The notes beneath the pieces are model-generated. The model saw only the letters and a list, made by a program, of their open reading frames with translations. It ran no database searches and was not told the DNA's origin. From contig JBJEGD010000014.1 in NCBI GenBank assembly GCA_051874735.1, positions 1 to 50,259 of the forward strand: DNA of 50,259 nucleotides. The letters run 5' to 3'. Of this stretch, positions 38,596-47,694 are shown one piece after another. This DNA is from Candidatus Bruticola sp. (lineage in GTDB: Bacteria > Vulcanimicrobiota > Xenobia > Xenobiales > Xenobiaceae). A program made the translations under genes and the position numbers. The stretch's first letter is position 1. Every line of letters begins with the position of its first letter.

Positions 38596-38772
38596 TTTTC
38601 TGCGCAGCGGAAGATCGGTGAAAATCCGACGCAGACCGGCTGCTGTAACCAAATAATGATTATTTCCCCAGTCACTGCTGTTAGTGGGAAGGCTGCGGGC
38701 AGAGTTAAGTTTGGGAGCCAGAAGACGGCGCAGAAAGTTTTTGCTCTTTTTGGCCGGAAAACGAAGAGTAGC
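38596..38772 (+). ncRNA. Cobalamin (B12) riboswitch
   Basis: GGAA-gatcGGTGaAAaTCCga (P4 T-loop), P5 GCAG/CTGC, CTGTAA, GTCACTG...GGGAAGG, B12-box GAGCCAGAAGAC, closing stem TTTCTGCGC/GCGCAGAAA, and L5 CCGG able to pair with L13 CCGG. Confidence 0.85.
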
Positions 38773-38905
38773 TGAAGGTTGTACGTCCACCCCATTTTGA
38801 GTTTTGTTCTCTGTTTATTAGGTAACAATAATTCATTTCTTAGTCTCTCGGCTCTCTTAAATTTTTATGCCATTGGAGTAAATAAAAATTGGAGAGAACG
38901 AGCAA

Positions 38906-41068
38906 ATGAATATTATAAAGAGAAATGGTGAAGAACGGTCTTTCAGTATATCTAAAATTATAAGCTCTATTACTAGAGCCTGTTCAACCTTTGAAAAAGA
39001 AGATGCTTTAAGCGAAGAGCAAATTAAAAATGTAGCTGAGGAAGTACTGTTTATTTGTCAACAACACTCTCGCCCTCTTACTGCTGAAGAAGTTCAGAAT
39101 TTAGTAGAAATACAGCTTATGAAAGCTGGCGCCTTTAAAGTTGCTCAGAGTTACATTTCTTATCGTTATAAGCACCTTTTATTAAGTAAAGACAATACTA
39201 CTGACAGCCGTATTATTAGCCTTATAGAATGCTGCAGCGAAGAAGCTAAAGAGGAGAATTCTAATAAAAACCCCACTATAAACAGTGTACAGCGTGATTA
39301 TATAGCTGGTGAAGTGTCTAAAGACATATCCTGCCGTTTGCTTCTACCTAAAAATATAGTAGAAGCCCACAATAAAGGGTTAATTCATTTTCACGATTTA
39401 GATTATTATGCTCAGCATATGCATAACTGCTGTTTGATTAATTTAGAAGACATGTTGCAAAATGGTACTGTTATTTCAGGCACTATGATTGAAAAGCCGC
39501 ACAGTTTCTCTACTGCCTGTAATATTGCTACCCAAATTATTGCTCAAGTAGCCAGCAATCAGTACGGCGGTCAGAGCATTTCTCTTACTCATTTAGCTCC
39601 TTTTGTAGAAGTTTCTCGTCAACGTTTATATCGTGAATTGCAGGAAGAGTTCAATTCTTTAAACTTGACTATAAGCAGCAGTGATTTAACTAAGCTCACT
39701 GAAAATAGACTTCGCCGAGAGATTTCTCGCGGCGTTCAAACTATACAATATCAAATTGTTACTCTATTAACTACTAACGGGCAGGCTCCATTCGTAACCA
39801 TATTTATGTACTTAAATGAAGCATCCAACGAAGCGGAAAAGCATGATTTATCTATTATTATTGAAGAAGTGCTTAAACAGCGCTGCATAGGTGTAAAAAA
39901 CTGCAAAGGAATATGTGTAACTCCAGCTTTTCCTAAACTCATTTATGTTCTAGAAGATGATAACATTACTGAAGATTCACCTTACTGGTACTTAACTAAA
40001 CTAGCGGCACAATGCACCGCACGTCGTTTAGTCCCTGATTATATTAGCGAAAAGAAAATGAAAGAACTCAAAGAAGGTTGCTGTTTTCCTGTCATGGGCT
40101 GCCGCTCCGCTCTATCTCCGTGGCGCAATATAGATGGTAAATACCAATATTACGGTCGATTTAATCAAGGTGTAGTAACTTTAAATCTCGTCGATATAGC
40201 TTTATCTAGTCGAAAAGACTTTCGTCTATTTTGGGATATTTTCGATAATAGGTTAAAACTTTGTTATCAAGCTCTAATGTGTCGCCATAATCGTTTAAAA
40301 GGAACCCTTTCAGATGCAGCTCCTATTCTTTGGCAAGACGGTGCTTTAGCTCGTTTAAAAAAAGGAGAAGTGATCGATAGTTTGCTTTATGGCGGCTACT
40401 CTACTATTTCTTTAGGTTATGCTGGTTTATATGAATGTGTGCGCTATATGACCGGAATCAGCCATACTTCAGCGGAAGCTATGCCTTTAGCGTTAGATAT
40501 TATGAATTATATGAACAACGCCTGCCAGAAATGGAGTGAACAAACTAATATAACCTTCAGTCTTTATGGTACGCCTTTGGAATCAACTACCTATAAATTT
40601 GCCCACTGTTTGCAGCAGCGTTTTGGTATTATAGAAGGTGTTACAGATAAGAATTACATTACTAATAGCTATCACGTTCATGTCACAGAACAAATTGATG
40701 CTTTTACAAAATTAGCTATAGAAGCTCAGTTTCAAAATTTATCAGCTGGAGGTGCTATTAGCTATATCGAGGTGCCCAATTTACAGAATAATATTGAAGC
40801 CGTTTTAGAAATTATACGATTTATATACAATAATATCATGTATGCGGAATTAAATACTAAAAGTGACTATTGTCAGAAATGCGGCTTCGATGGTGAAATT
40901 GAAGTTATAGAAAATCAAGATCATAAATATATATGGCATTGTCCTAATTGCGGAAATTTAGATCAAAATACTATGAATGTAGCTAGGCGCACTTGTGGTT
41001 ATATCGGTTCACAATATTGGAATCAAGGACGAACTCAAGAAATTCATGATAGAGTTATGCATCTATAA
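38906..41068 (+). CDS. nrdD: Anaerobic (class III) ribonucleoside-triphosphate reductase with ATP cone
   Basis: IIKRNG ATP cone, ENSNK, IHFHDLD, NCCL, QYGGQ, MGCRS, GRFNQGVV, YITNSYH, Zn C..C, glycyl radical RTCGY. Confidence 0.96.
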   Translation: MNIIKRNGEERSFSISKIISSITRACSTFEKEDALSEEQIKNVAEEVLFICQQHSRPLTAEEVQNLVEIQLMKAGAFKVAQSYISYRYKHLLLSKDNTTDSRIISLIECCSEEAKEENSNKNPTINSVQRDYIAGEVSKDISCRLLLPKNIVEAHNKGLIHFHDLDYYAQHMHNCCLINLEDMLQNGTVISGTMIEKPHSFSTACNIATQIIAQVASNQYGGQSISLTHLAPFVEVSRQRLYRELQEEFNSLNLTISSSDLTKLTENRLRREISRGVQTIQYQIVTLLTTNGQAPFVTIFMYLNEASNEAEKHDLSIIIEEVLKQRCIGVKNCKGICVTPAFPKLIYVLEDDNITEDSPYWYLTKLAAQCTARRLVPDYISEKKMKELKEGCCFPVMGCRSALSPWRNIDGKYQYYGRFNQGVVTLNLVDIALSSRKDFRLFWDIFDNRLKLCYQALMCRHNRLKGTLSDAAPILWQDGALARLKKGEVIDSLLYGGYSTISLGYAGLYECVRYMTGISHTSAEAMPLALDIMNYMNNACQKWSEQTNITFSLYGTPLESTTYKFAHCLQQRFGIIEGVTDKNYITNSYHVHVTEQIDAFTKLAIEAQFQNLSAGGAISYIEVPNLQNNIEAVLEIIRFIYNNIMYAELNTKSDYCQKCGFDGEIEVIENQDHKYIWHCPNCGNLDQNTMNVARRTCGYIGSQYWNQGRTQEIHDRVMHL

Positions 41069-41092
41069 GAATTTAGGAGTATAAGTAAAATT

Positions 41093-41611
41093 GTGAATTA
41101 TGCTGCAATCCATCCACTAGATGTCGCAAACGGTACTGGAATACGCGTCTCTTTGTTCGTATCCGGCTGTCCTCATCACTGCCCTAATTGCTTTAATAAG
41201 GAAACTTGGTCAGAACATTATGGTTATTCTTACACTAGCAAAACTGAAGATAAGATTATGACAATGCTCTGCCATCCTCATGTTCGAGGCCTAACTGTTC
41301 TAGGAGGTGAACCTCTAACTCCGCAACACCAGTCTGATTTATTGCCACTACTGCAAAGAGTCAAAAGGGAACTTCCTAAAAAAGATATATGGATTTATAC
41401 AGGCTATCTTTTAGAAGATTTTTTACCAAATGGTTCTGCTTATACAAAAAACAGTCTCACCATTTTAGGAATAATCGATATGTTGGTTGATGGTCCTTTT
41501 ATTGAAGCTAAGAAAGACTTGCGCTTGAAATTCCGAGGCTCAGCAAACCAGCGCCTCATAAGCAAAGAACAACTACAGCAATTTTTATTAAACACTTGCC
41601 AACGGAAATAG
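41093..41611 (+). CDS. nrdG: Anaerobic RNR activating radical-SAM protein
   Basis: D.ANG.G.RVSLFVSGCPHHCPNCFN, LGGEP, YTG, VDGPF, FRGS.NQR. Confidence 0.95.
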   Translation: MNYAAIHPLDVANGTGIRVSLFVSGCPHHCPNCFNKETWSEHYGYSYTSKTEDKIMTMLCHPHVRGLTVLGGEPLTPQHQSDLLPLLQRVKRELPKKDIWIYTGYLLEDFLPNGSAYTKNSLTILGIIDMLVDGPFIEAKKDLRLKFRGSANQRLISKEQLQQFLLNTCQRK

Positions 41612-41641
41612 CTGAGGCGGCTTTTGATCATTGTATTTAAA

Positions 41642-42520
41642 TTAAAAATTAAAAATCAACAACTCACTGATATTTCCCCGACCTGAGCTTTTGCTATTTA
41701 TCATTCGTGTCGCTTTAACCCTGCTGATAGTGAAGTTGTGATAAAGATCGTCAAAGAAATTATCATCTTCATTGGTATTCTTGGGATCAGAATTACTGGC
41801 AACTACATAAGCACCTTGGGCGGATATAGCTTGTGCAAATTCACTAAGTTCTATCTGCTGCTTATCTCCAAATTCATACTTGACATAAGAATTAAATGAT
41901 GATGTTTCATTTAAAGGTCGATAAGGCGGGTCAAGGTAGACAAAAGTATTTCCGTCAATAAAATCTGTACACTGGCTGTAACTACCGCATCTAATTTCAA
42001 CATTTTTCAGCAGTTTACTGACTAAACGCAGATTTTGCTTATCACATATAAGCGGCTTTTTATATGCACCCATAGGCACATTGTAAAAACCTTTACTGTT
42101 TACACGATATAAGCCGTTAAAACAGGTTTTATTAATAAAAATAAACAGCGCAGCTTTCTCTGCTGTCTGCGACTTGTCTTGTATACATTCATTGAACCTT
42201 GAACGCGAGTTTAAATAATATTCTTTACGTTGCTCGCCATCCATATCCCAAAATTTTGCCTGCATTTCTTCAAGAAGGCTGATAATATCGGAAACTTTAT
42301 CCTTTATTTGCACATAAGTATTTATAAGCTCCGGATTGATATCATTAATCATTACCTTTTCAGGTTGATAATTTTGTAATATATCTAATAAAACTGCACC
42401 GCCGCCTACAAACGGTTCACAATACTTTTTTATGTCTTTAGGGTATTTTTTACGAATAATATTAAGTAATTGACTCTTTCCACCCGCCCATTTTACAAAC
42501 GGCTTCACCGTTTCAAACAT
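41642..42520 (-). CDS. dam: DNA adenine methyltransferase (Dam/DpnM, D12 class)
   Basis: PFVKWAGGK, EPFVGGGAV, NKTCFNGLYRVN, DPPY, SNS. Confidence 0.9.
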   Translation of the reverse strand: MFETVKPFVKWAGGKSQLLNIIRKKYPKDIKKYCEPFVGGGAVLLDILQNYQPEKVMINDINPELINTYVQIKDKVSDIISLLEEMQAKFWDMDGEQRKEYYLNSRSRFNECIQDKSQTAEKAALFIFINKTCFNGLYRVNSKGFYNVPMGAYKKPLICDKQNLRLVSKLLKNVEIRCGSYSQCTDFIDGNTFVYLDPPYRPLNETSSFNSYVKYEFGDKQQIELSEFAQAISAQGAYVVASNSDPKNTNEDDNFFDDLYHNFTISRVKATRMINSKSSGRGNISELLIFNF

Positions 42521-42543
42521 AAAATATCTCCATAAATTTTTAA

Positions 42544-43719
42544 CTAATCAACTAGTATTATATCGGAAGCCTTGATTTCTGCCATAATTTCAGAATTAAC
42601 CTCCCAAAGCTGTCGATTTTTTAATTGACTTATAGGAGTATGAATCGTAAAAGTATGTTTATTATAGCTAACCGTATACTTTATAAAACTTCCCATGAAC
42701 ATGCGCGCCTTTACAGTAACTGGCCAGCGGTTTATTTTTGCAGCTTCGCTATTTGGGTCCTGTAAAGCAATATTACCGTTACTGTCAGCGGGAACCAGAG
42801 TTATATTATCAGGGCGCAAAGCTGCGTAAATTTGTTTTTTAGCTAAATTTACAGGCAATCTTTCAACGTAAAGTTGCCAACCATCGCCTATATTAATCTG
42901 GTTAGACTTCCCTGCTGTTTCCGTCTTAATAATTGAAACGGGAAAAATATTAACAAAGCCAAAAAATTCAGCAGCAAATTTATTTATAGGCGAATCGTAA
43001 AGTTCCTCAGGAGAACCTACTTGAATTATCCGGCCTTGATCCATCAAAGCTAACCGATCGGAAACAGCAAAAGCCTCTTCCTGATCGTGAGTCACATAAA
43101 GAGCGGTAATACCGGCTAAGCGCTGAAGGTTGCGGATTTCTTCTCTCATTTTGAGGCGAAGTTTGACATCGAGGGCTCCCAAAGGTTCATCAAAAAGTAG
43201 AACTCTAGGACGTGTAACTAAGGCTCTGGCTAAGGCTGCGCGCTGCTGCTGACCGCCAGAAAGTTGCGACGGCAAACGATCAGCGCAATCAGACAATTCT
43301 ACCATTTTTAAAGTTTCTTCTACTACTTTTTTATCTTGACTAGTTAAACTGCCTGATAAAGAGCGCCACAATACAGCAGCTTTACCTAGCCAACTGGACT
43401 GGCGGTAACGCTTCGCTAGCAATCCGTAAGCGGTATTTTCTCTAACATTTAAATGAGGAAAGAGAGCGTAATTTTGAAAAACCATGCCAAAGCCGCGATC
43501 ACAAGCAGCTACTTTGGAAATATCTTGACCATCGACGTCAATAGTTCCCGACTCAAACTCTTCCAAGCCAGCTATACAGCGCAAAGTTGTCGTTTTTCCG
43601 CATCCTGAAGATCCTAACAGAGCGAACAATTCGCCATCATGCAATTCTAAAGAAAGATCATCAACCACCCGGCGGTGTCCGTAATTTTTAATAAGATTTT
43701 TAATTTGTACAGTACTCAT
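42544..43719 (-). CDS. ABC importer ATP-binding subunit (PotA/FbpC type, TOBE domain)
   Basis: GSSGCGKTT, VFQNYALFPH, LSGGQQQR, DEPLGALD, VTHDQEEA. Confidence 0.92.
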   Translation of the reverse strand: MSTVQIKNLIKNYGHRRVVDDLSLELHDGELFALLGSSGCGKTTTLRCIAGLEEFESGTIDVDGQDISKVAACDRGFGMVFQNYALFPHLNVRENTAYGLLAKRYRQSSWLGKAAVLWRSLSGSLTSQDKKVVEETLKMVELSDCADRLPSQLSGGQQQRAALARALVTRPRVLLFDEPLGALDVKLRLKMREEIRNLQRLAGITALYVTHDQEEAFAVSDRLALMDQGRIIQVGSPEELYDSPINKFAAEFFGFVNIFPVSIIKTETAGKSNQINIGDGWQLYVERLPVNLAKKQIYAALRPDNITLVPADSNGNIALQDPNSEAAKINRWPVTVKARMFMGSFIKYTVSYNKHTFTIHTPISQLKNRQLWEVNSEIMAEIKASDIILVD

Positions 43720-44837
43720 CGTTCAGCAGCAGCTTCTATTTTATTTTGCCAGTGTTTACGCAAACGGTCATAATTTTCGGCTGTCCATTCTAAGTCGAGA
43801 TCTTCAGCTCTACTTAAAAGATAATCTAGGTTTATATTCTTATCTAATCCTTTAGGCGGAGGCTGAGTCGGATCGATAGAAAAGAAATAACGATTAATTA
43901 TCTTCTGCCCTTGTGAAGAAAGACAAAAGTCAATAAAACGACGTCCATTTTCTGGATGAGGACAACCCTTTATAAGGGCAATGGCATCGGCTATAACAGG
44001 ACTCTCCGGAGGTAAGTACCAAGCTATGTTATCATGTACATGAGATAATTGATCATCACTTTTCTGCTGATCTAAAAATTCTAGATACTGACTGGCAAAG
44101 TGAAGGCCAATGCGCGTATCGCCTCTAGCTACAGAGAAAGCCGGCTTGCCTTCACGGGTATAACGCTTCAAGTTGCGAAAGACCTTAGACAGATACTCCC
44201 AGCCGACGCTTTCATCACCGTCAGGCTTTTTGTAACGCTGAATAGCAGCAGCTAGAAAAAGCATCGAGGTGCCACTGTCAGCTGGATCCCACATCTCTAT
44301 CTGCCCTTTCCAATTAGGTAGAGCTAAATCATCCCAAGTTTTAGGAATATCTTTATAAGGAGTAACTTGCGGATTGTAGCAATATCCTTGAGAAACTATA
44401 GCTAAAGGCAGCCAACGCCAAAGCTTATCGCGCATAACTAAACGACCGCGCTTGTAAGGAATATCGTTATGCTTAGGAGGAATGTAAGCCTCTAATAGAT
44501 CTTCTTTAACCGCCGTCATGAAAGGTATGCAACCGCCGCCGCTGTACCATACATCACCGCGCGGACGCCGTTTTTCTATTCGCAAACGAGCCAAAATTTT
44601 AGTAGTGCTGTCTAAAATTTGCTCTACTTGTATGCCAGTTTCAGCGGTAAAAGCTTCTGCCAACTCGTCAGCGGTTGCATTAGGAAAAGGCGTCAGCACT
44701 ACCACTTTATTTAAACTTTCTGATTCGCCATCAGAAAAGTAGCTGCTACAAGCCACAGCAGTACACGAGACTGCCCAAAGGGCAGCCCCAACAGCCCATT
44801 TTTTTATTAACGGTCTAGATAAATAAAAATTAAACAT
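43716..44837 (-). CDS. ABC importer solute-binding lipoprotein (Fe3+/phosphonate/polyamine cluster)
   Basis: Lipobox-like AVAC, F.AETGI.V, PKTWDDL, DP.DSGT, FIDFCLS. ATGA overlap with the ATPase gene. Confidence 0.83.
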   Translation of the reverse strand: MFNFYLSRPLIKKWAVGAALWAVSCTAVACSSYFSDGESESLNKVVVLTPFPNATADELAEAFTAETGIQVEQILDSTTKILARLRIEKRRPRGDVWYSGGGCIPFMTAVKEDLLEAYIPPKHNDIPYKRGRLVMRDKLWRWLPLAIVSQGYCYNPQVTPYKDIPKTWDDLALPNWKGQIEMWDPADSGTSMLFLAAAIQRYKKPDGDESVGWEYLSKVFRNLKRYTREGKPAFSVARGDTRIGLHFASQYLEFLDQQKSDDQLSHVHDNIAWYLPPESPVIADAIALIKGCPHPENGRRFIDFCLSSQGQKIINRYFFSIDPTQPPPKGLDKNINLDYLLSRAEDLDLEWTAENYDRLRKHWQNKIEAAAER

Positions 44838-44864
44838 TAAAAAATGAGAGCAAAATTTTCTAAA

Positions 44865-46271
44865 TTATCCCCAAAAAATATCGTTATATGGGGTATTGTG
44901 AAAACCTCTGGAGTTAAGCTCCTTTACCATGCGATCGAGAGCTCCTTTACAAATATGTCTAAACGAACTGGTATGACCGCAATATTTTACTAAAATAGGA
45001 CTCAACGCATAATAAACTTTAATAAAAATACGTCCGTACCAAACTGATGCCAAAGTCTGATCGCGGAAACGGCGTAAAGTCCAAACCTGAGGGCAATCGT
45101 ATGAACCATAAACTGCAGTAGCAATATAACAATGACCGTAGGTAAATTTGCTCATTGTATTTTTTAAGTCTTTAATGTAATCTTCATGGTCAGTTTTTAA
45201 TATTTCCTTAATTTCAGCTAAAAAAGCCTTTTTAACCTCACCGAAAACTATAATTTTCCAGCCGCTGTAACCGCCATTCAATTTAGTATCACTGCTATTT
45301 GAATTTAGATACTTGTTCATTTGGGCAATAGTATCGACTATGAATTTTAAAGCGTTTTCTCTTTCTTCTGAGAGCTCATCATAATAACGGTGAACTAAAG
45401 TTATCTTTTCTTTTAATACATTTAAAGTTTTTTCTATATTGCGGTAATCAGGATCTTTAACAGCTACTATCATCAACTCGCTAAAAGGTACAAAAAATAG
45501 AGACTCTATATTGTAACGATCGTAAACTGATACTATAGAATAGTAAGTTCTAGCTGTCGGCCAATCGTTTTGTTTACATGCTTCCCGTCCTTTCTGCAGA
45601 TAAGATCCTAAAAAGTACAGGACGCTCATCCGTATTCGCCTGGCAAGTTTTTCAAAAGCATCGTATGGCTCTATTTTTTCTATTCTAGTTATAAAAGTTT
45701 GCTGGACCTCAAAAAAAAGTTGTTCCTGCCAAGCTCTGCTGCCCAGCTCCCCTACATTAGCCGTTTCAGAATAAACATATTTTACCGTATTCATTTTAAC
45801 GAGAGCGTTAGTAATTTTACGTAACGAAGCCATTTCGGTTTCAGGTACATTACCTTTATTTTTATGACAGTTGTTGTAACCCTCAATAACGATCGGTATT
45901 GAATTTTTCAGTGTATTAAATATTTGGTCTCTTCTGGTGTAATCAGAGCTACTTAAAGAAAGCATAGCTTTGCCGAACGAACTAAAAAAGATGGCTTCTA
46001 TATTGTTAGGAGCGTTTCGCTTAACTAAATTGTAATACTTCTCTGTCTCTTCCCAATCTTCTTGGTTATAAGCCAGTCTGGCATTAGCCAGGTCTTTTTG
46101 CACTAAAGCTGAATTATCAGACACAAATGGATCGGTTGTATCAGCTTCTGAAAATATCGGATCTTGTTCCTCTTCCAAAGAATACTTCATACCGCAGTGT
46201 TCACATACTAAAAAACTGTCCTGTTTAATTAAACTAGAACTACCGCACATTTCACAGCATAATTTTTTCAT
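44865..46271 (-). CDS. Zn-ribbon + duplicated TPR-like module + CFI-box-CTERM protein
   Basis: CEMCGS....C.HCG N-terminus and C-terminal CYIATAVYGSYDCPQVW.LRRFRD..L...GR.FI..YY..SP. Confidence 0.8.
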   Translation of the reverse strand: MKKLCCEMCGSSSLIKQDSFLVCEHCGMKYSLEEEQDPIFSEADTTDPFVSDNSALVQKDLANARLAYNQEDWEETEKYYNLVKRNAPNNIEAIFFSSFGKAMLSLSSSDYTRRDQIFNTLKNSIPIVIEGYNNCHKNKGNVPETEMASLRKITNALVKMNTVKYVYSETANVGELGSRAWQEQLFFEVQQTFITRIEKIEPYDAFEKLARRIRMSVLYFLGSYLQKGREACKQNDWPTARTYYSIVSVYDRYNIESLFFVPFSELMIVAVKDPDYRNIEKTLNVLKEKITLVHRYYDELSEERENALKFIVDTIAQMNKYLNSNSSDTKLNGGYSGWKIIVFGEVKKAFLAEIKEILKTDHEDYIKDLKNTMSKFTYGHCYIATAVYGSYDCPQVWTLRRFRDQTLASVWYGRIFIKVYYALSPILVKYCGHTSSFRHICKGALDRMVKELNSRGFHNTPYNDIFWG

Positions 46272-46407
46272 TATTACTCTTTACTCCCTATGAAGATATA
46301 ATTTAATTGTACTAAAAACACACTAAATAAGACAAAAAATGCCCTATAAATCTTGATAATTTAAAATTCTTAATAGTTATATAATTGTCCTACACTTATT
46401 TAAAAAT

Positions 46408-46454
46408 AAAAAACGCCGCCCATTTTAAGTAATGGTATTTAAAGAGACGGCGTT
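46408..46454 (-). terminator. Terminator after the flavoprotein gene
   Basis: AACGCCG / CGGCGTT arms with an A-run on the left. Confidence 0.5.
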
Positions 46455-46479
46455 GAGTTTATATTAGCAGCAGTTTAAT

Positions 46480-47094
46480 TTAGCGAATGAAATTAGTGTG
46501 TACTTTAGTAGTATCGCGCTGCGGCTGGATGGCTCCCTCGCGATGCTGATTTTCTAACATAGCAGCCATATTTATGGCCAAGTTGCGCAGAGTGTGTAGA
46601 CCTTCTAAATCTTGTAAAACTTCTTCGGGAGTATTACCGTGCACTGAGTTCCAGAAATTAGCTGAAGCTACTTGGCAGTTTCTGGCGGTGAAGTACTTAT
46701 TCAGTCGATCGTAAGCGGCGCTGGCGCCACCACGCCGAGTACTTACTATGGCTGCACATACTTTGTCGCTAAAGTTAGGAGCCGCAAAAATAACTCTATC
46801 CAGAGCGGCGCAGAAAGCTCCGTTAGGGCCGGCAAAATAGACGGGACTGCCTAACACTATGCCATCAGCTTCGAGCATTTTTTCTAAAAGTTCGTTAGCC
46901 ACATCATCGTTGAAGACACATTTTCCTAACTTGCGACACTGACGACAACCGATACAGCCGCGTATAGGTTTAGATCCTATTTGGAAAATTTCCGTTTCTA
47001 TACCCAATTTTTTAAATTGCTCAGCCATTTCTGAAAGGGCGGTATAAGTGCAGCCTTTCGGACGAGGGCTTCCGTTTACTAACAAAACTTTCAT
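46480..47094 (-). CDS. Flavodoxin-family / iron-sulfur flavoprotein (NADPH-dependent FMN reductase-like)
   Basis: NGSPR..G.T, CIGC..C....C, GSPVYFAG, RRGG, WNSVHG. Confidence 0.88.
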   Translation of the reverse strand: MKVLLVNGSPRPKGCTYTALSEMAEQFKKLGIETEIFQIGSKPIRGCIGCRQCRKLGKCVFNDDVANELLEKMLEADGIVLGSPVYFAGPNGAFCAALDRVIFAAPNFSDKVCAAIVSTRRGGASAAYDRLNKYFTARNCQVASANFWNSVHGNTPEEVLQDLEGLHTLRNLAINMAAMLENQHREGAIQPQRDTTKVHTNFIR

Positions 47095-47149
47095 GTTTGA
47101 ATATGCTCCTTTTACTTTAAGCTTTTAGAATACTAGACGTCTTTACATT

Positions 47150-47671
47150 TTAAATCTCTATGTGGTACTCACATACATTTAAAATTTGGCCTGCCGTATT
47201 CTTTTCGGCGTAAACATTATCAAGAATGCCTCCGCACTTTTCTACCAAGCGCCGACTTGGTGTATTATCTCTATCAACTGGATATAGTATATAATGATAA
47301 TCTCGGTAATTTTTAAGCCAAGCTAAAACTGCTTTAATACTTTCATAAGCGTAACCTTGTCGCCAAGCGCTCTTTTTTAACCAGATACCTAAGCTAGGAG
47401 TCTTTTTGTTTAAACCAAGCACGCCTAAACAACCTAAAAAGCGACCGCTAGCTTTATCTAAAATAACAACTTCTAAATCGGAAGCCAGCTCATGGGCTTT
47501 AAGACAATCTTGTATAAACTTTACAGTATCATCTTTCTTACCGCTCGGTTGTGGGATCATATAGCGGGCTACTTCAGCAGTAAATTCACGGAAAATATCG
47601 TCGCAGTAATCCAAACTGTGAGGTACCAGCTTGAGTCGTTCAGTTTCTATACCGTCGAAAAATAGAGGCAT
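47150..47671 (-). CDS. GNAT N-acetyltransferase (RimJ/RimL-like)
   Basis: IETERL.L, GIWL...W.QGYA.E, N..SRRL.EK.GG. Confidence 0.85.
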   Translation of the reverse strand: MPLFFDGIETERLKLVPHSLDYCDDIFREFTAEVARYMIPQPSGKKDDTVKFIQDCLKAHELASDLEVVILDKASGRFLGCLGVLGLNKKTPSLGIWLKKSAWRQGYAYESIKAVLAWLKNYRDYHYILYPVDRDNTPSRRLVEKCGGILDNVYAEKNTAGQILNVCEYHIEI

Positions 47672-47694
47672 AATTTCTCCTTAAGATTACAAAA

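Noticed and set aside
38578-38828. Two minus-strand ORFs (70 and 80 aa) upstream of nrdD
   Set aside because: They are antisense to the GC-rich cobalamin riboswitch, which explains the open frames. No RBS or protein motifs.
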